Part shown: positions 32,490 to 46,772 of the stretch, piece by piece | How the letters are laid out: each line of letters starts with the position of its first letter | How positions within the stretch are numbered: position 1 is the stretch's first letter | Assembly (NCBI GenBank): GCA_951406725.2 | Contig: OX597820.1 | Span: forward strand, 121,024,001 to 121,088,000 | From: Octopus vulgaris | Lineage: Eukaryota | Direction: 5' to 3' | DNA length: 64,000 nucleotides | The notes under the pieces: generated by a model | What the model was told of the DNA's origin: nothing | The model's input: only the letters and a program-made list of their open reading frames with translations | The model's database searches: none | Translations under genes and position numbers: made by a program

Positions 32490-32907
32490 TGAAACTGACC
32501 ATGTAATTCCATACGGAGAAGGGTTTCTTCGCTCTCGCTGGCTGTTCTCGTTCAGAATTCTTGAGCACTTTCAAGTCCATTTTTGTTAACTCCTTCTGCA
32601 CTAGCAGCGTACTGTAGTAGGTCTTCTTTGCTGCTTACCAAACATTCTGCCATGTTACTTTTTTTCACTTCCGTACGCTAATCAGCCCACGTTCACCCTT
32701 ATCTATTTTTATGTAGAGCCTGAGCATATTTGCTTTGGCGTGGGTGGCACCATGCATTGTCATTCTGTTTCGGGTAGTGCGATCGAGTTGGTCAATCTCT
32801 CCTTGTGTCCATGTCAGGATGTGGAGATGAATCAACTCGATCGTACTACCCGCAAGACAACACTGGGTGGTGACCTCCACCCTAAGGCGAAGGTACACAG
32901 ACTCTAC

Positions 32908-32910
<3 letters not shown>
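32490..32910 (-). mobile_element. R4/Dong internal fragment with an adjoining inverted homologous piece
   Basis: Minus: WTQGEIDQLDRTTRNRMTMHGATHAKANMLRLYIKIDKGERGLISV. Plus 32815-32910: NQLDRTTRK..LHPKAKVHRLYI. Confidence 0.82.
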
Positions 32911-33675
<765 letters not shown>

Positions 33676-34064
33676 ATAATATTTGAGCATTCCGTTTCAA
33701 CGAATATGATGACAAGTGGCATTTGTACGGCTGACATATTATTTCGGAGATGACATTTCGTACAACATTAGCCAACCTCCTACTTTCACGACAACAATAT
33801 CGACCGACACCAACTGTTTTTATCTAGAGTGCACAGAATTTAATAATCTATAAGTGTCTCGTTTTAATATTTTCAAGAAACAAACACAATACCATAAAAT
33901 TAATAAATAATGAAATAGAATACAATGTTTATATCTCTCTTGGTTTGTGTTTGTTTTTTTGGGTTTTTTTCTTGTTTGTTGTTCATGTTTCAAGATAAAT
34001 TCATATCATACACATAGACAGACATGTATGAATATATATGTATAAATATCATTCAATAGAATAT

Positions 34065-34138
<74 letters not shown>

Positions 34139-34862
34139 GTGTGTATGTGTCTGTGTGTTTCTGTGTGTATATATATATATATATATATACACATACATAT
34201 AAATATATATATATATATACGGATGAGTATCAGTTAAGCTTATTTGATTACATAAACACCAAGAGAAATCTACTTAGAAAACAACAGTACGAATGTGTGT
34301 GTGTGTGTATGTTTGTGTGTGTGTGTGTTTGTGTGCGTGAGTGTTTGCGAGTTTGGCTCTATGCGTATGAACATGCAAGCGTGTGTTTGAGTAGCCCCTC
34401 CACCATCTACTTTAGGGTTCGGTCCGACACCGCAACACCTTGGGTAAGTTTCTTCATTTAGTTCTATTTTGCAGGAATTCCCTCCACGAGAACGAAGTTT
34501 GTGTTTGTGTGTGTGTGTGTCTCTGTGTGTGTGTGTTTGTGTGCGTTTGTGTGTGTGTCTTTATGTCTGTCTCACACTCGAATCAACAGATAATCACATT
34601 TCTTTCCATATTTCTCTTGAAAGTATTAAAACCACAAACCCATGGATTATTAAGCTGCGTCTCCTGCTGATAAAAACTGTCTTTGTCAATATTTTTGTTG
34701 CTTGAAGAAAAAGATGCGAAGTATTTAATCAAATGTCACCTCACAAATTCATATGTCAGCCGTACAAGTACCAATTTTTATACTCGTTGAAACGAAATGC
34801 TCAAATATTAATAGTCACTTGTTTATAAGTATTTTTAGTACTTGCGCCAAACCTGAAACCAC

Positions 34863-34913
<51 letters not shown>

Positions 34914-34951
34914 CGTTAACTTCATCATCATCATCATCATCATCATCGAAA

Positions 34952-35168
34952 AGGTGATGAGCTTGTAAAATAGTTAGAGCGTCGGAGAAATTGCATAGTC
35001 GCATTTCATGTGGGTCTTAACGTTGTGAGCTCAGATTCCGTCGGGATTAACTTTGCATTTCATTCTTCTTAAATCGGGGCCGATTAAAGAAAGTATAATC
35101 AACTAAGCGGTCAGATGTAATCGACTTATCACCTCAAAATTGCTGACCTGCCAAACTCAGAAACAATT
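34952..35168 (+). mobile_element. degenerate tRNA SINE (family of 36498)
   Basis: ggtgatgagcttgtaaaatagttagagcgtcgg..ctttgcatttcattc..atgtaatcgactt. Confidence 0.7.
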
Positions 35169-35437
35169 ATATTTATGTGTCGCGTCTTCCTATTTCACAC
35201 ATAAATATCTCGTAAATTCTTGCACTCTTTTTTAAGAAGTTTATTTTCTTCTTCGTTGTCGCATTTTATTATTAAGCCAACTAGCATCTTCATAGATTTG
35301 TTGGCTTCGTTGAACGTTCTTCAATGTTTCAGAATGGTGCATATATATTGAAGAAAGAATGGCTCTTATCAATCTTAACTCGAGGGAGGAGAGCCATTAG
35401 AAAATTAGCTCCTCGTTTCTACCAAAATTGAACAGAA

Positions 35438-35610
35438 ATAGGTGCAGGAGTGGCTGTGTAGTAAGTAGCTTGCTAACCAACCACATGGTTCCGGGTTCAG
35501 TCCCACTGCGTGACATCTTGGGCAAGTGTCTTCTGCTATAGCCTCGGGCCGACCAATGCCTTGTGAGTGAATTTGGTAGACGGAAACTGAAAGAAGCCTG
35601 TCGTATATAT

Positions 35611-35650
<40 letters not shown>

Positions 35651-35876
35651 GTGTGTATATGTTTGTGTGTCTGTGTTTGTCCCCCACCCCCACCATCGCT
35701 TGACCACCGATGCTGATGTGTTTACGTCCCCGTCACTTAGCGGTTCGGCAAAAAGAGACCGATCGAATAAGTACTGGGCTTACAAAGAATAAGTCCCGGG
35801 GTCGATTTGCTCGACTAAAGGCGGTGCTCCAGCATGGCCGCAGTCAAATGACTGAAGCAAGTAAAAGAGTAAAAGA
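35438..35876 (+). mobile_element. CORE-type tRNA SINE, full length
   Basis: Highly similar to 29155-29543; internal (TA)n/(TG)n. Confidence 0.93.
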
Positions 35877-36497
35877 GAGAAGAGTGAATGTATTGCGGCC
35901 GCCACATGGTTGTAATATGGCATCGGGAGTAGTTCGTCCCTGTTTAGAATATTTAAGCTTTTCTTCGTTTTCTTTTCAATTAGAATTCTCACTTTAAATG
36001 TGCTAAAACATCTTCCTCTGACGACATAGGAATATGATTATACCCAGAATATGCAGTATGAATGCAAGGAAGGAAGGATACCTGCTCAACATAATCTCGT
36101 CGGTACGTATAGTTGTGGTGGCCAATAACGAGGCTAGAGCTTCCAAACCACAGGATATCATACCCAATTTCGGTGGATACGAAACTTACGACGAGGAACG
36201 AACGGCAGACATGCGGTGTCGTCCCGCAAAAGTCTAGATCTCTCAATATTGAACAAGGCTAAGCAGAGTAATAAAAACCAATCACTATAATTAGGGAAAT
36301 TGTCAAGTAGAAGATAATGTTATGAAACTGGATAGACACTTGGCCCTGAAGGGAATTTAGGATGAGAAAACATCTGAAATGCTTACTCGACCAAATTGAA
36401 AATCATTAAACGGAATAGAAAGAAACGCACCAAAGATTATCGTACGGAAGCGAAGAAGTTTTATAGCGAAAGATCTATCTCAATGTATTATGGAAGC

Positions 36498-36900
36498 GGC
36501 GAGCTGGCAGAAATGTTAGCACGCCGAGCGAAATGCTTAGCTGTATTTCGTCTGCCGCTACGTTCTGAGTTCAAATTTCGCCGAGGTCGACTTCGCCTTT
36601 CATCCTTTCAGGGTCGATTAAATAAGTACCAGTTACGCACTGGGGCCGATGTAACCGACTTAATCTGTTTGTCAGTCCTTGTCTGTTCCTTCTGTGCTTA
36701 GCCCCTTCCCTTGTGGGTAGTAAAGGAATAGGTATTTCGTCTGCCGCTACGTTCTGAGTTCAAATTCCGCCGAGGTCGACTTTGCCTTTCATCCTTTCGG
36801 GAGTCGATAAATTAAGTACCAGTTGCATACTGGGGTGGATCTAATCGACTGGCCCCCTCACCAAATATTTTGGGCCTTGTGCCTAGAGTACAAAAGAATA
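36498..36900 (+). mobile_element. tRNA SINE with internally duplicated body (dimer)
   Basis: gagctggcagaaatgttagc head; two units of ttctgagttcaaattccgccgaggtcgactttgcctttcatcctttc; 12-bp TSD tattatggaagc. Confidence 0.92.
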
Positions 36901-37059
36901 TATTATGGAAGCTACTAACAACAATTTTTTTCCCACAAAACATCCATCTACGCGCAATACAAACTCTTTCGTATTGAACAGAAGGAGGTCATGAAATGCG
37001 CAAAGGCAACCATAACCTTCTGCTTACATAACCATAAAGCAACAATAACCATAAAGCAA

Positions 37060-37330
37060 CAATAACCATAGAGGAAAAAATCTCTAAATATGCTGAATGA
37101 AATGTATCCGTACAAAGGTTATAGAGATATTGAGCAGCAGAAGTGAAGGGGTACTATTTATGTTCAGGATTTTATATTCAGTTCAAACAACAAAACTTGC
37201 CATACAACCTGGAATTATCGGATATCAAAATTTGTTTGCGAATGCATAAAAAATCTTGCCTGTTTGGAACAAGCCATATTCTATGACAGATATCCTCTAC
37301 CTAAGGCATTTTGTAAAGTGATAACAAAGC
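37060..37330 (+). mobile_element. very degenerate R4/Dong 3' end
   Basis: EEKISKYAE and KKSCLFGTSHIL resemble the KxxKY and QKxxLLGTAHIL motifs. Confidence 0.5.
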
Positions 37331-38899
37331 AATAAGGAATGGAGTAGATAAGATCCGGGTTGCATATGTCTCATAGCGAGCGAACCTCAGAAGTGGTAAA
37401 TATCCAAGCAAGGTGTAAAATGCAGGCTACTCTTCAGGCCAAAGGTATCTTAATTGAATGAGCGTTTACATTGTTGCAAGAAGTTACTTGTTAACACATG
37501 GAAGAATCGATCAGAATATGTTGAGAGCATAGTATGTATAGAGAATATCCATTCAATGAAGGTACCCTTGGCTTGGTGGGTATCCTGCGGTATACACCTC
37601 GCTTGGATATTTACCACTTCTGCAGTTCAGCTGGCTATGAAACATATGTAGCCCGGGTCTTATCTACTCCATTGCTTAACTTTTGAATTCTTATTCGCAT
37701 AACCAGAAACCCTGATCGCCTACCGTGAAATATAAAAAGAACTTTTTTACCGTTTATCCTACGTCGATACGAAACAAATCCACAACCTTCTATTTCAATA
37801 AACCATTATTGTCTCTGAAAGTTGTTTTTTATATTTACTACGAATTGCTTGAAGCTCTCTTTCTTCCTACACCTCGATCCTTAAATCTTATATGTATATA
37901 TATATATATATACATATATACAAGCATTATTGCCCGGCTCGTGCGCTCGTGCGTTCTATGAACGCACGAATTAAGCTAAACTTGGATGAAGTTCAATCAA
38001 AATTCAATTATTTTGGTTTTAAAATCAAGCATTTAATGCCCTCTATTTTTGCGCTTATGTGTTCCATTTCCTCAATAAGAAGTACGTAGAAGCGTTTCAT
38101 AAATTTTTGGTGATCAAATAATTGCATTGTTGAATTATTCTTTTAGATCAGTATTTCCCAACGGGGATTTCAGGAGAGAGTTTCAGGGAGTCGCTGGCGA
38201 TGTATCGTGATGATCAAAAATCCGGCCTGCTAAAATTTGGTTAAAGTGATTCGAACTGCAGACTCAACGCAAAATGGTCACATTTAATTCAAAGCGTTAA
38301 AAATGTTACGAAAACAATTGGTATGATCCCAAATGTCGCTGGCAATGTTCCATTAGCTGTCCTCTTTTAGAAAAGATTTTGCCATACGCAATTTTTCCTT
38401 TAACTCTCTGTACAGAGAGTTAAAGGGAAAATTGGTGTAGATTTCTATACCCCCAGTTATATTTGCTATATTTTGTCTGCTCCGTCCGCTCAGTGTTCTC
38501 CATTCCCAAACCGTTTGAGAATTCAGCCTGCTTCTTGTAGCTGCTATAGTTGTTGTTGATGTTGTTGCCGCTGTTGTTATAGTCTGTGATGTATGATTTT
38601 GTCGTCACTTTTCTGAATATGTTGTACTTGCTGCTTACAATCTGGCTCTTGTTTACAAAATGCTTAATTAAATTAATAAAGATTTATTTCGTTGCTCTAA
38701 TCGTTGTTGTGGCATGTATTGATTGACATAATCGTTACTGTCTACCCATATAAACATTTTCGCAGCAAACTTTCTAGTTCTGAGGGTTGGTCAATTTGTT
38801 CCTGTCCAGTTATCAACGCATACCATCCATGACGAAACATTTCACTTTTTTACTAACTAACTTTCCTCTGCGAAACCTTTTCGCTTCAAAACTATCCTT

Positions 38900-39310
38900 G
38901 GATCTTTTCGGTTTGAACGGCAGTTTTTTCTAGTGGTGTCATATGAAATTGTCACTCATAATTATGACCCTAGTATCGATCTATTGTATTTCAATTTATA
39001 TTAAGGTTAGTTAGTTAGGGTTAGGGTTATTTTTTTCTTCACAAATGTAAATAAACACAATCTGTTTCTTAAACGAGGGACATATTCATACGGCACAGAA
39101 TGTTTTTTACCTCAATAGACGTCAGTGATTGGCTGAAATTGCAGAAATTGAAGAAAAACAACAACAAATATCTTACAAACTATAGAATTTTCTCAATAAA
39201 GCCAAGAGAAAAAGATGTTTTATAAACACATTCTACCAGTATACGAAGTTTAACATTTTTTAGTTACCGAGAAATGATGTTGAAAACTGCCGTTCAAACC
39301 GAAAGGATCT
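38900..39310 (+). mobile_element. MITE with ~28-bp TIRs, copy 1
   Basis: ggatcttttcggtttgaacggcagtttt...aaaactgccgttcaaaccgaaaggatct; internal TTAGGG-like repeats; TSD degraded. Confidence 0.92.
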
Positions 39311-39923
39311 CTAACACCTGTGCCGACCACGTGTCAAGTATAGTTTGATCTCTTTCTCTCTATTCCGTTTCTCAGTTGAACTGGAATCACAGTTCAATTG
39401 TTGACCAAAATGGAGAGCATGTCATCTGTCTTGTGCGCAGAGTTCGCAAACCACCGACAGGTCTGACAATGAAATAGTTGAAAGTTCGAATCATGTATTC
39501 TATAGACAGTCAATATTGGACAGGAGGGAGGATATTATATGGAATAATGAGAAGTAACTAAACAGTGTGTGACACCGTATAAACCGGTGCACAGATTATG
39601 GACAACTTCAAAATAACTATGTTCAATACAAGATCAACTCTACAGGTTGGAATATTTGTCAACCGGAAGTATTCCCGCTGAAAGGAATGCTGGGATATTG
39701 CTGCCTTAAGTTATATCTAACAATGTTTTTAAAAAGTAGCACTAATCTTGTTATTAAAATAATCCATTGTAAAAATTATCCTGACAGGATAATTCCCTTT
39801 TTTTGTTTGCATGAGGAATCTATTCAAGAAGACTGAAAAAGCAAGTGACAAAGATTTTTTCATCAGCAAAACCTGAGTAGTTTCTTGATTTTTTTTTTTG
39901 GTTACGCTTAAATTAAAGATGAA

Positions 39924-40350
39924 GGATCTTTTCGGTTTGAACGGCAGTTTTTAACATAATTTCTAGGTAACTAAAAAATTTTAAACTTCGTATACTGGTA
40001 GAATGTGTTTATAAAACATCTTTTTCTCTTGGCTTTATTGAGAAAATTCTATAGTTTGTAAGATATTTGTTGTTTTTTCTTCTTCAATTTCTGCAATTTC
40101 AACCAATCAGTGACGTCTATTGAATTAAAAAGCATTCTGTGCCCTATGAATATGTCCCTCGTTTAAGAAACAGATTGGGTTTATTTACATTTGTGAAGAA
40201 AAAAATATACCCTTCCCCCACCCCTAAACCTAACTAACCCTAACCCTAAAAGATATTGAAATGCAATAGATAGATTTTAGGGTCATAATTATGGGTGACA
40301 ATTTCATATGACACCGCTAGAAAAAACTGCCGTTCAAACCGAAAAGATCC
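39924..40350 (-). mobile_element. MITE copy 2
   Basis: Perfect TIRs; 8-bp TSD aagatgaa. Confidence 0.96.
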
Positions 40351-40758
40351 AAGATGAATTTGCTCGAGGAGAACATTTCCCTTGTTAGATTATTGAAATT
40401 AAATATCGTTGACAGTGGTTCGCATAACCTCGTTAAGTAAGTTCTACTTTGAATAACGACTTTAGGACGATGGCAAAATTTTGAAAGAGAGAGAGGGAGA
40501 GAGAAACAGAGAGAGAGAGAGAGCCCAAACATAACTTTTATTGAAATCTGAATCAGTGATTTATATAGTTTTTAGTTATGGATCTTAGGTGTCTACACAA
40601 TTGATTGAATATATTTTATTTGGGATATTCTAATGCACGATTTTTATACAATTTTGTGCGGACACCATTTTCCTTTTCTCTGTTGGTATCTTCTAATTCT
40701 CAAAATTTTATTATTGTTATCCATGCTGTTGCTATGAAAGTCTATCTTAAGACTCTTT

Positions 40759-40807
<49 letters not shown>

Positions 40808-40996
40808 ATATTCAGCCATAACTATACACGTGTATGTATACGTGAGCGTTATGCTTTTGTGCATAATATTGTATTTATCTTTAATATATATATATATATC
40901 CACATATACATCCCCAAATGAGATTTATATAAATATTCCTGTGCATGTCTGTCTATTTATGTATATAAATATCGATACGTGTGTGTACGTACGTAC

Positions 40997-41028
<32 letters not shown>

Positions 41029-41499
41029 ATTATGCTTTTGTGTAAATGTGTACGTGAGTTATGCAGGCATGCACGCACGAATACACACACAAACACATGC
41101 ACAGTTATACGCACATATATTACCAGAAAGGATAGCATCAGAAAAAAACAACAACCAGTCAGCAGCAGTAAAGGACAAAGAAGAACATGGTAAATGTGGA
41201 AAGGGATTATTTCAGCAAATATCGAATGATTTTGCTGAGCTTCTCTTATCAATTTAACCTCGTTCATTGCATGATTCGATTCCTCTTGCCATTTTCCCGT
41301 CCACCGCCATCAATTTCTCGCAGATTGACTCATTGTTTCAAGCAGGAGAACGAGAGAAGCAGAAACAAAACATAACATATCAGAATACAATATCATCAAC
41401 GATCTCGGCCCCTGTAAGCAATCAAGTTAAAAGCCTTAATTAATGGAGATTGCTAATACCGTAATGGGCAATCATTATTATTGTTGCTGCGGTTATCAC

Positions 41500-41787
41500 C
41501 AACTTCATCAGCAGCAGCATCGTCACCATCACCGCCACCCACGTCATCATCACTACTACCACCACCACCGCCGCCGCCACCACCAACAACAACAACACCA
41601 CCACTATCATCGTTATCATCATCATTATCATCATCATTGCCACCACTGCTATCACCATACTACTACTACAGCTGCAGCCGGTACAACTACTGCTTCTGTT
41701 GCTTCTCCTCCTCCTACTACTACTACTACTACGACGACGACTTATACTACTACTACTAATAATAATAATAACAATAACAATAATAAT
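41500..41787. repeat. compound trinucleotide repeats (CAC/CAA/CAT/TAC/AAT)
   Basis: Direct reading. Confidence 0.88.
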
Positions 41788-42350
41788 GATTTCTCTTACT
41801 TGCCACAAGGGCAAAGGTTTAGGAGGACAATACTGAGACAGACATAATAATGAAATAATAAAAAGATATACTAAAGTGTACACTGGAAGGGAAGGGACAT
41901 ATGCATTGCATACAAAGGTAAAAAAGAAAGAAAAAGAGGGGAAGTGGATGATAGAGGTGTGGCCTTCCTGACACAGGAACGCCTTTAGGGATAATCGAGG
42001 AACCCCACTGACTGACATTTCCCTGAAACCCCATGAGTAAGTGCCCTCTACAATTCCTTCTCTCCGACTCACAGGTCTACACGTAAAGAGGTATCATCCA
42101 CCCATACCATTTTCGCAAATATTCACCCTCCTTTCAGTAAACTCACTCGAGGACAACACTTCCCTCTCCACTCTCGTTTTCCTTTGCAAGTGAACCTTGA
42201 AGAAGTCAAAGTTCTACCTAAGAGGAATGTATCTGTCCTCATGCCTTTCAGCCTTGTCCACCAAACAAACTCTTTCATCACAGCCATCAAGCAAAGGAAA
42301 ATTGCTTCACCTGCCCGATTGAAGGTGGGTGGCGGCGCAATCACCACTAT
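41788..42350 (-). mobile_element. L1/Tx1-like LINE 3' fragment with 3' UTR
   Basis: Minus strand: FLCLMAVMKEFVWWTRLKG..FFKVHLQRKTRVEREVLSSSEFTER, recalling the Tx1 ORF2 C-terminus; pyrimidine-rich UTR ends at (ATT)n. Confidence 0.7.
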
Positions 42351-42575
42351 AGACACGGCCGACAGACGTCTCTTGACATTCCGGTTACAAATCTCAACTT
42401 TGTCTATCATCGTTCGGGACTCGATGAAGTACCAGACAACTACTGGAGTCATGGATATCGATCATACCCCTCCCCACAAAATTGATGACCTTCTACCGAA
42501 ATTAGAAACCATTATTTTTTCACCGACTTCTTGTTACTATTATTATTATGAATTATTATTATTATCATTAATACT

Positions 42576-43131
42576 GAGTGAGAGAGCAGCGCTTGCTATC
42601 AGAGTGACACTGGGGTACAAGTATACGAAGCCCAGTATACCCATCATGACTACCCGTCTGATAAGGGCACACCAGGCACATGCATCAAAACCATTTGTGC
42701 GGAACATAGTGATCTCATATCAAGATAAACAGTGCATGACCTTGCAGGTGGGACCCAGTTAAAATTTTCTTCAGGTCGAGTAGCCCATCCCGCTCAAAAG
42801 ATCCCTCAATAAGGGTTGTTAAAGGATGCTGAACGAAACACCCATGTTTCCAAATGTGAATTATCCAAACCCCAAAGAATTCCTCTCAACACATGGCTAT
42901 GATGCTCCCCAACAACTTTTGCTCGTGATCAGAGATGCACATATCATCAGCCCCTAAAGGACACGCACAACTGGTTAAGGTCAAACAATTGACAAGGAAA
43001 TCTGTGGTATGGAGCAGAATATTTGCTGTAGCCCATCTTTTATACCAAGATAATACATATATATATAAAATTTCCAATCAGTTAAGATCAGAAGCGTTAA
43101 CATTTAGTGCCTGGTACTGCATCGGGGCATC
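42576..43131 (-). mobile_element. ~550-bp TAA-associated element, copy 4
   Basis: Reverse complement of 3171-3723 including the 5' tgccccgatgcagtaccaggca; TTA repeats on both sides. Confidence 0.92.
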
Positions 43132-43149
43132 CACTTTTGTTATTATTAT

Positions 43150-43875
43150 TATGCTTTCCTGATTATTCTGGCCATGCCAAGGAGGCAGACCTTTTGTAAC
43201 AGTTCTACTGGGCATTCTATTCCTATTTCACCGTTGATGCCTTCTGATACTGTTCCCAAGTACACAGCAATAATTAGCACCATCTTCCCCTTCTTCATTT
43301 TCCAAAGCCGGTCTATTTCGTACTTAACACGATTGTATATATCTTTTCGCTTTCTTGACTATTCGTGGGTAAAAGGCATACGCGACATTAGTTATACAGC
43401 ATATGTCGTTTACCCTGAGACCACCACTAGGTCCGGTCTATTATGCTCTATCACCAGAGATGTTGAGATCTGTAAATCCCAGAGGATTTTGCTAATCGCC
43501 GACCCCGCCATGTTCTGTGGTTTATGCCCATACCACGTCTTGCTTCTCTCTACATGCTACTTTTCACATAATTTCCAACGCAGCTCTTTCCCTACCTTAT
43601 CGTGTCGCCACAACTTATAATGGTTTTGGAGTAGTGTAGGGCATTCGTTTACGATACGGGCAATGATTTCGTCCATTCTATTACAGATGCGGCACAGTGA
43701 AGACAATTGCTCATTGTTGAGGTTGGCTCTCCAATTTGTGGCCAAAGCTTGGTTATCAGTTTCTTTCTTTATCGCTCCTTTCTTCGGCCAGTTCCACCTA
43801 CGTCTTCCGGCAACTTCAATTGTGGCCACATGGAATTGATTGTGTAGCATAATGTTTCTTCTTGTGCCATTTTGT
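43150..43875 (-). mobile_element. decayed R4/Dong 3' fragment
   Basis: CRICNRMDEIIARIVNEC, RHDKVG, ILWDLQI, HNRPDLVVV, LLQKVCLLGMARIIRK. Confidence 0.9.
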
Positions 43876-43899
43876 TCCTATGGAATTTTAATGTACAAA

Positions 43900-44240
43900 T
43901 TGATCGCGAAATTCATACAAGTCGACCAGATACTATTCTTCTTGACAATCATAGTTGTGCCTATATCTTGCAGACATGAGTGTAGCGCTCAATGAAAAGG
44001 AGAAAAACGGAAAATACTAGGACTTGGCTAGGAAATTAAAGGACTGTGAAGGGTTTCGACCGTTCCCAACAGACTTAACAGCTCCCTTATTGAGATTGGT
44101 GTAACTACAAAAGTTGCATTGATTCAGAATTCTGCTCAATCGGGAAACTGCAAGTTTTGTTAAAAAAAGGACCTGGGTATCTAAGAAAACAGGGTATGAC
44201 CAGATACCAAGGGTATTGATTCCGAATGTAAAACAGTTGT
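43900..44240 (+). mobile_element. degenerate R4/Dong 3' fragment in the opposite orientation
   Basis: IHTSRPDTILLD, EKEKNGKY*DLARKL, LIQNSA. Confidence 0.6.
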
Positions 44241-44417
44241 GCACACCATGAAATAACAATAATAGGGGAAACTTAATAATGACACATTTTAGTGTCATCT
44301 TCAGATTTCACTATCATCTTCCCACTAAATAACTTTTAAAATGAACTTTTAATTTTGTGTTTTGATTGACATTATCTTCCACAAATATGGCAGATATCAA
44401 CCACCTTAGTCCGAATT

Positions 44418-44800
44418 GGAAGCACTCCGTCGGTTACGACGATGAGGGTTCCGGTTGATCCGAATCAACGGAACAGCCTGCTCGTGAAATTAACGTGTAA
44501 GTGACTGAGCACTCCACAGACACGTGTACCCTTAACGTAGTTCTCGGGGATATTCAGCGTGACACAGAGAGTGACAAAGCCGGCCCTTTGAAATACAGGT
44601 ACAACAGAAACAGGAAGTAAGAGTGAGAGAAAGTTGTGGTGAAAGAGTACAGCAGGGATCACCACCATCCCCTGCCGGAGCCTCGTGGAGCTTTAGGTGT
44701 TTTCGCTCAATAAACACTCACAACACCCGGTCTGGGAATCGAAACCGCAATCCTATGACCGCGAGTCCGCTGCCCTAACCACTGGGCCATTGCGCCTCCA
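44418..44800 (-). mobile_element. tRNA SINE (head H, tail Y), young
   Basis: Near-identical to 21259-21643; TSD (cca)ccttagtc. Confidence 0.93.
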
Positions 44801-45612
44801 CCTTAGTCTTAATACCAACTGTAACTTCTAATTTATCTCTTGAGGTCTCTGGATAAGACCTGAACTTCATTTGTATAAAAACGAAGCCAAATCCTAACTT
44901 AGAGCTATAGCAATAATAATTTCTAGAATAATATTCTCAAGTGCATTACCGGTGTATATTCTATCGATACGGGATCGAGTAATTGCAACATCTTCTTCGA
45001 CAGATTTCCGACAAAGAATCATTGGTCATTTTTCGTGGACACTTATGAATTCTTATTAGAATTCTTATAAGATTCATTTATGAATCTTATTTCCAACAAT
45101 TACATCCACCCGGAACTTGAAATGCAAGAAGCTCACTAAGATCAGAATTGCAGCAAAGGTACTTAATTCCACAGTTCGTTCGTCTACGATACCCGACTCT
45201 CAATGCCATTTACAACAATAAGTCAATACTGATTTCGAAAATAAGCACAATTCCTCAAATTTGGGTCTTATGTTTTATCAATCCCAGAAGGATGAAGACA
45301 ATGTTGATTCAGGCGTGACTTGATCCCCTTACGTAATGGCTAATAATACCACAAGGCATTTTGTCCGTCACTGTCGTCTTTCAGCCTAACTGTACAAGAC
45401 AAAACGCTTGTTTATGAGGAAGTCAGAAAGAAGCTCACGAAATTTTATTAATGTAATTTAATTCGATCAATAAAATTAATTATGTAATAACCACAGCCGC
45501 TGCAGGAACGGCTACATGATCAACAACTATAACAACAAGAACAACAATATAATTCCTTTCATAAATGTAACAAAAGAGATATAAACACTAAAGATCAACT
45601 ACGATTCTGCAG

Positions 45613-45629
45613 TGATGATTATGGCGAAT

Positions 45630-45703
<74 letters not shown>

Positions 45704-46025
45704 TCATAACGAACATAGAAATAATAATAATAATAATAATAATGATGAAAATAATGATAATGATGATGATGATGATGAAAATAATAATAATAATAATGAT
45801 GATGAGAATAATAATAATAATCATAACGAAAATAAAAATAATAATAATAATAATAATGAAAATAATAATGATGATGATGATGAAGATAATAATAAAAATA
45901 ATGATGATGAAAATAATAATAATAATAATGATGATGAAAATAATAATAATAATAATGATCATGAGAATAAAAATAATAATAATAATGATGATGAAAATAA
46001 TAATAATAATGATGATGATGAAAAC

Positions 46026-46102
<77 letters not shown>

Positions 46103-46103
46103 A

Positions 46104-46138
<35 letters not shown>

Positions 46139-46202
46139 TGATGAGGAAAATAATAATAATAATGATGATGATGAGGAAAATAATAATAATAATGATGATG
46201 AA

Positions 46203-46238
<36 letters not shown>

Positions 46239-46295
46239 GAAGATAATAATAATATAATAATAACGAAAATATTAATAATAATAATAATAATAATA
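45613..46295. repeat. (AAT)n-derived complex repeat with recurrent (AAT)x(GAT)yGAA units
   Basis: Direct reading. Confidence 0.92.
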
Positions 46296-46772
46296 GTTTA
46301 GTATTACCATTGTCAATATTATTATTTGTAGTAGTAGTCAGACGAGCTTGAACGCTGTAACACACTACAATGTGCATTAAGCGCATGTGGAAATGAGCAA
46401 CAAAATTATATAAGTAGACAGGAGACGTCATTATGCAATAAAAAGATTGAAAATAATTAAACGGGCAATCACTTAAAAATATTACTAATTATATAATAAT
46501 TGAAGCGAAATACACGTAGTAAAATGGTAAAAATCTATTCGTGGGTAAGCAGAGATCCACTGGGATGCAATGAATCTTTTGGACCTTATCACCTCCCTGT
46601 TTTGTCATCTGTTTACGCTCTCCGATTAAAATATGCCAGGATCGACAGAATAAATGGTAATTTCGGGAAAATTTTAGGCTTCGACCAGGATGAACTGGTT
46701 GGTTTACATGGGAGGAATTTCAGGCCGGAAACGTCTATGAACAATTTCCAGTAATTTTTGTCCTAGCTGTTA

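Noticed and set aside
39001-39030. TTAGGG repeats as a telomere or fusion relic
   Set aside because: Only a few units, always at the same position inside the MITE.
42184-42762. 192-aa ORF
   Set aside because: Chance read-through across the antisense of a Tx1-like fragment, a SINE relic and the 550-bp element.
46683-46740. Possible hammerhead relic (GGATGA..GAAACGTC)
   Set aside because: Core mutated and stems rely on several G-U pairs; could be chance.
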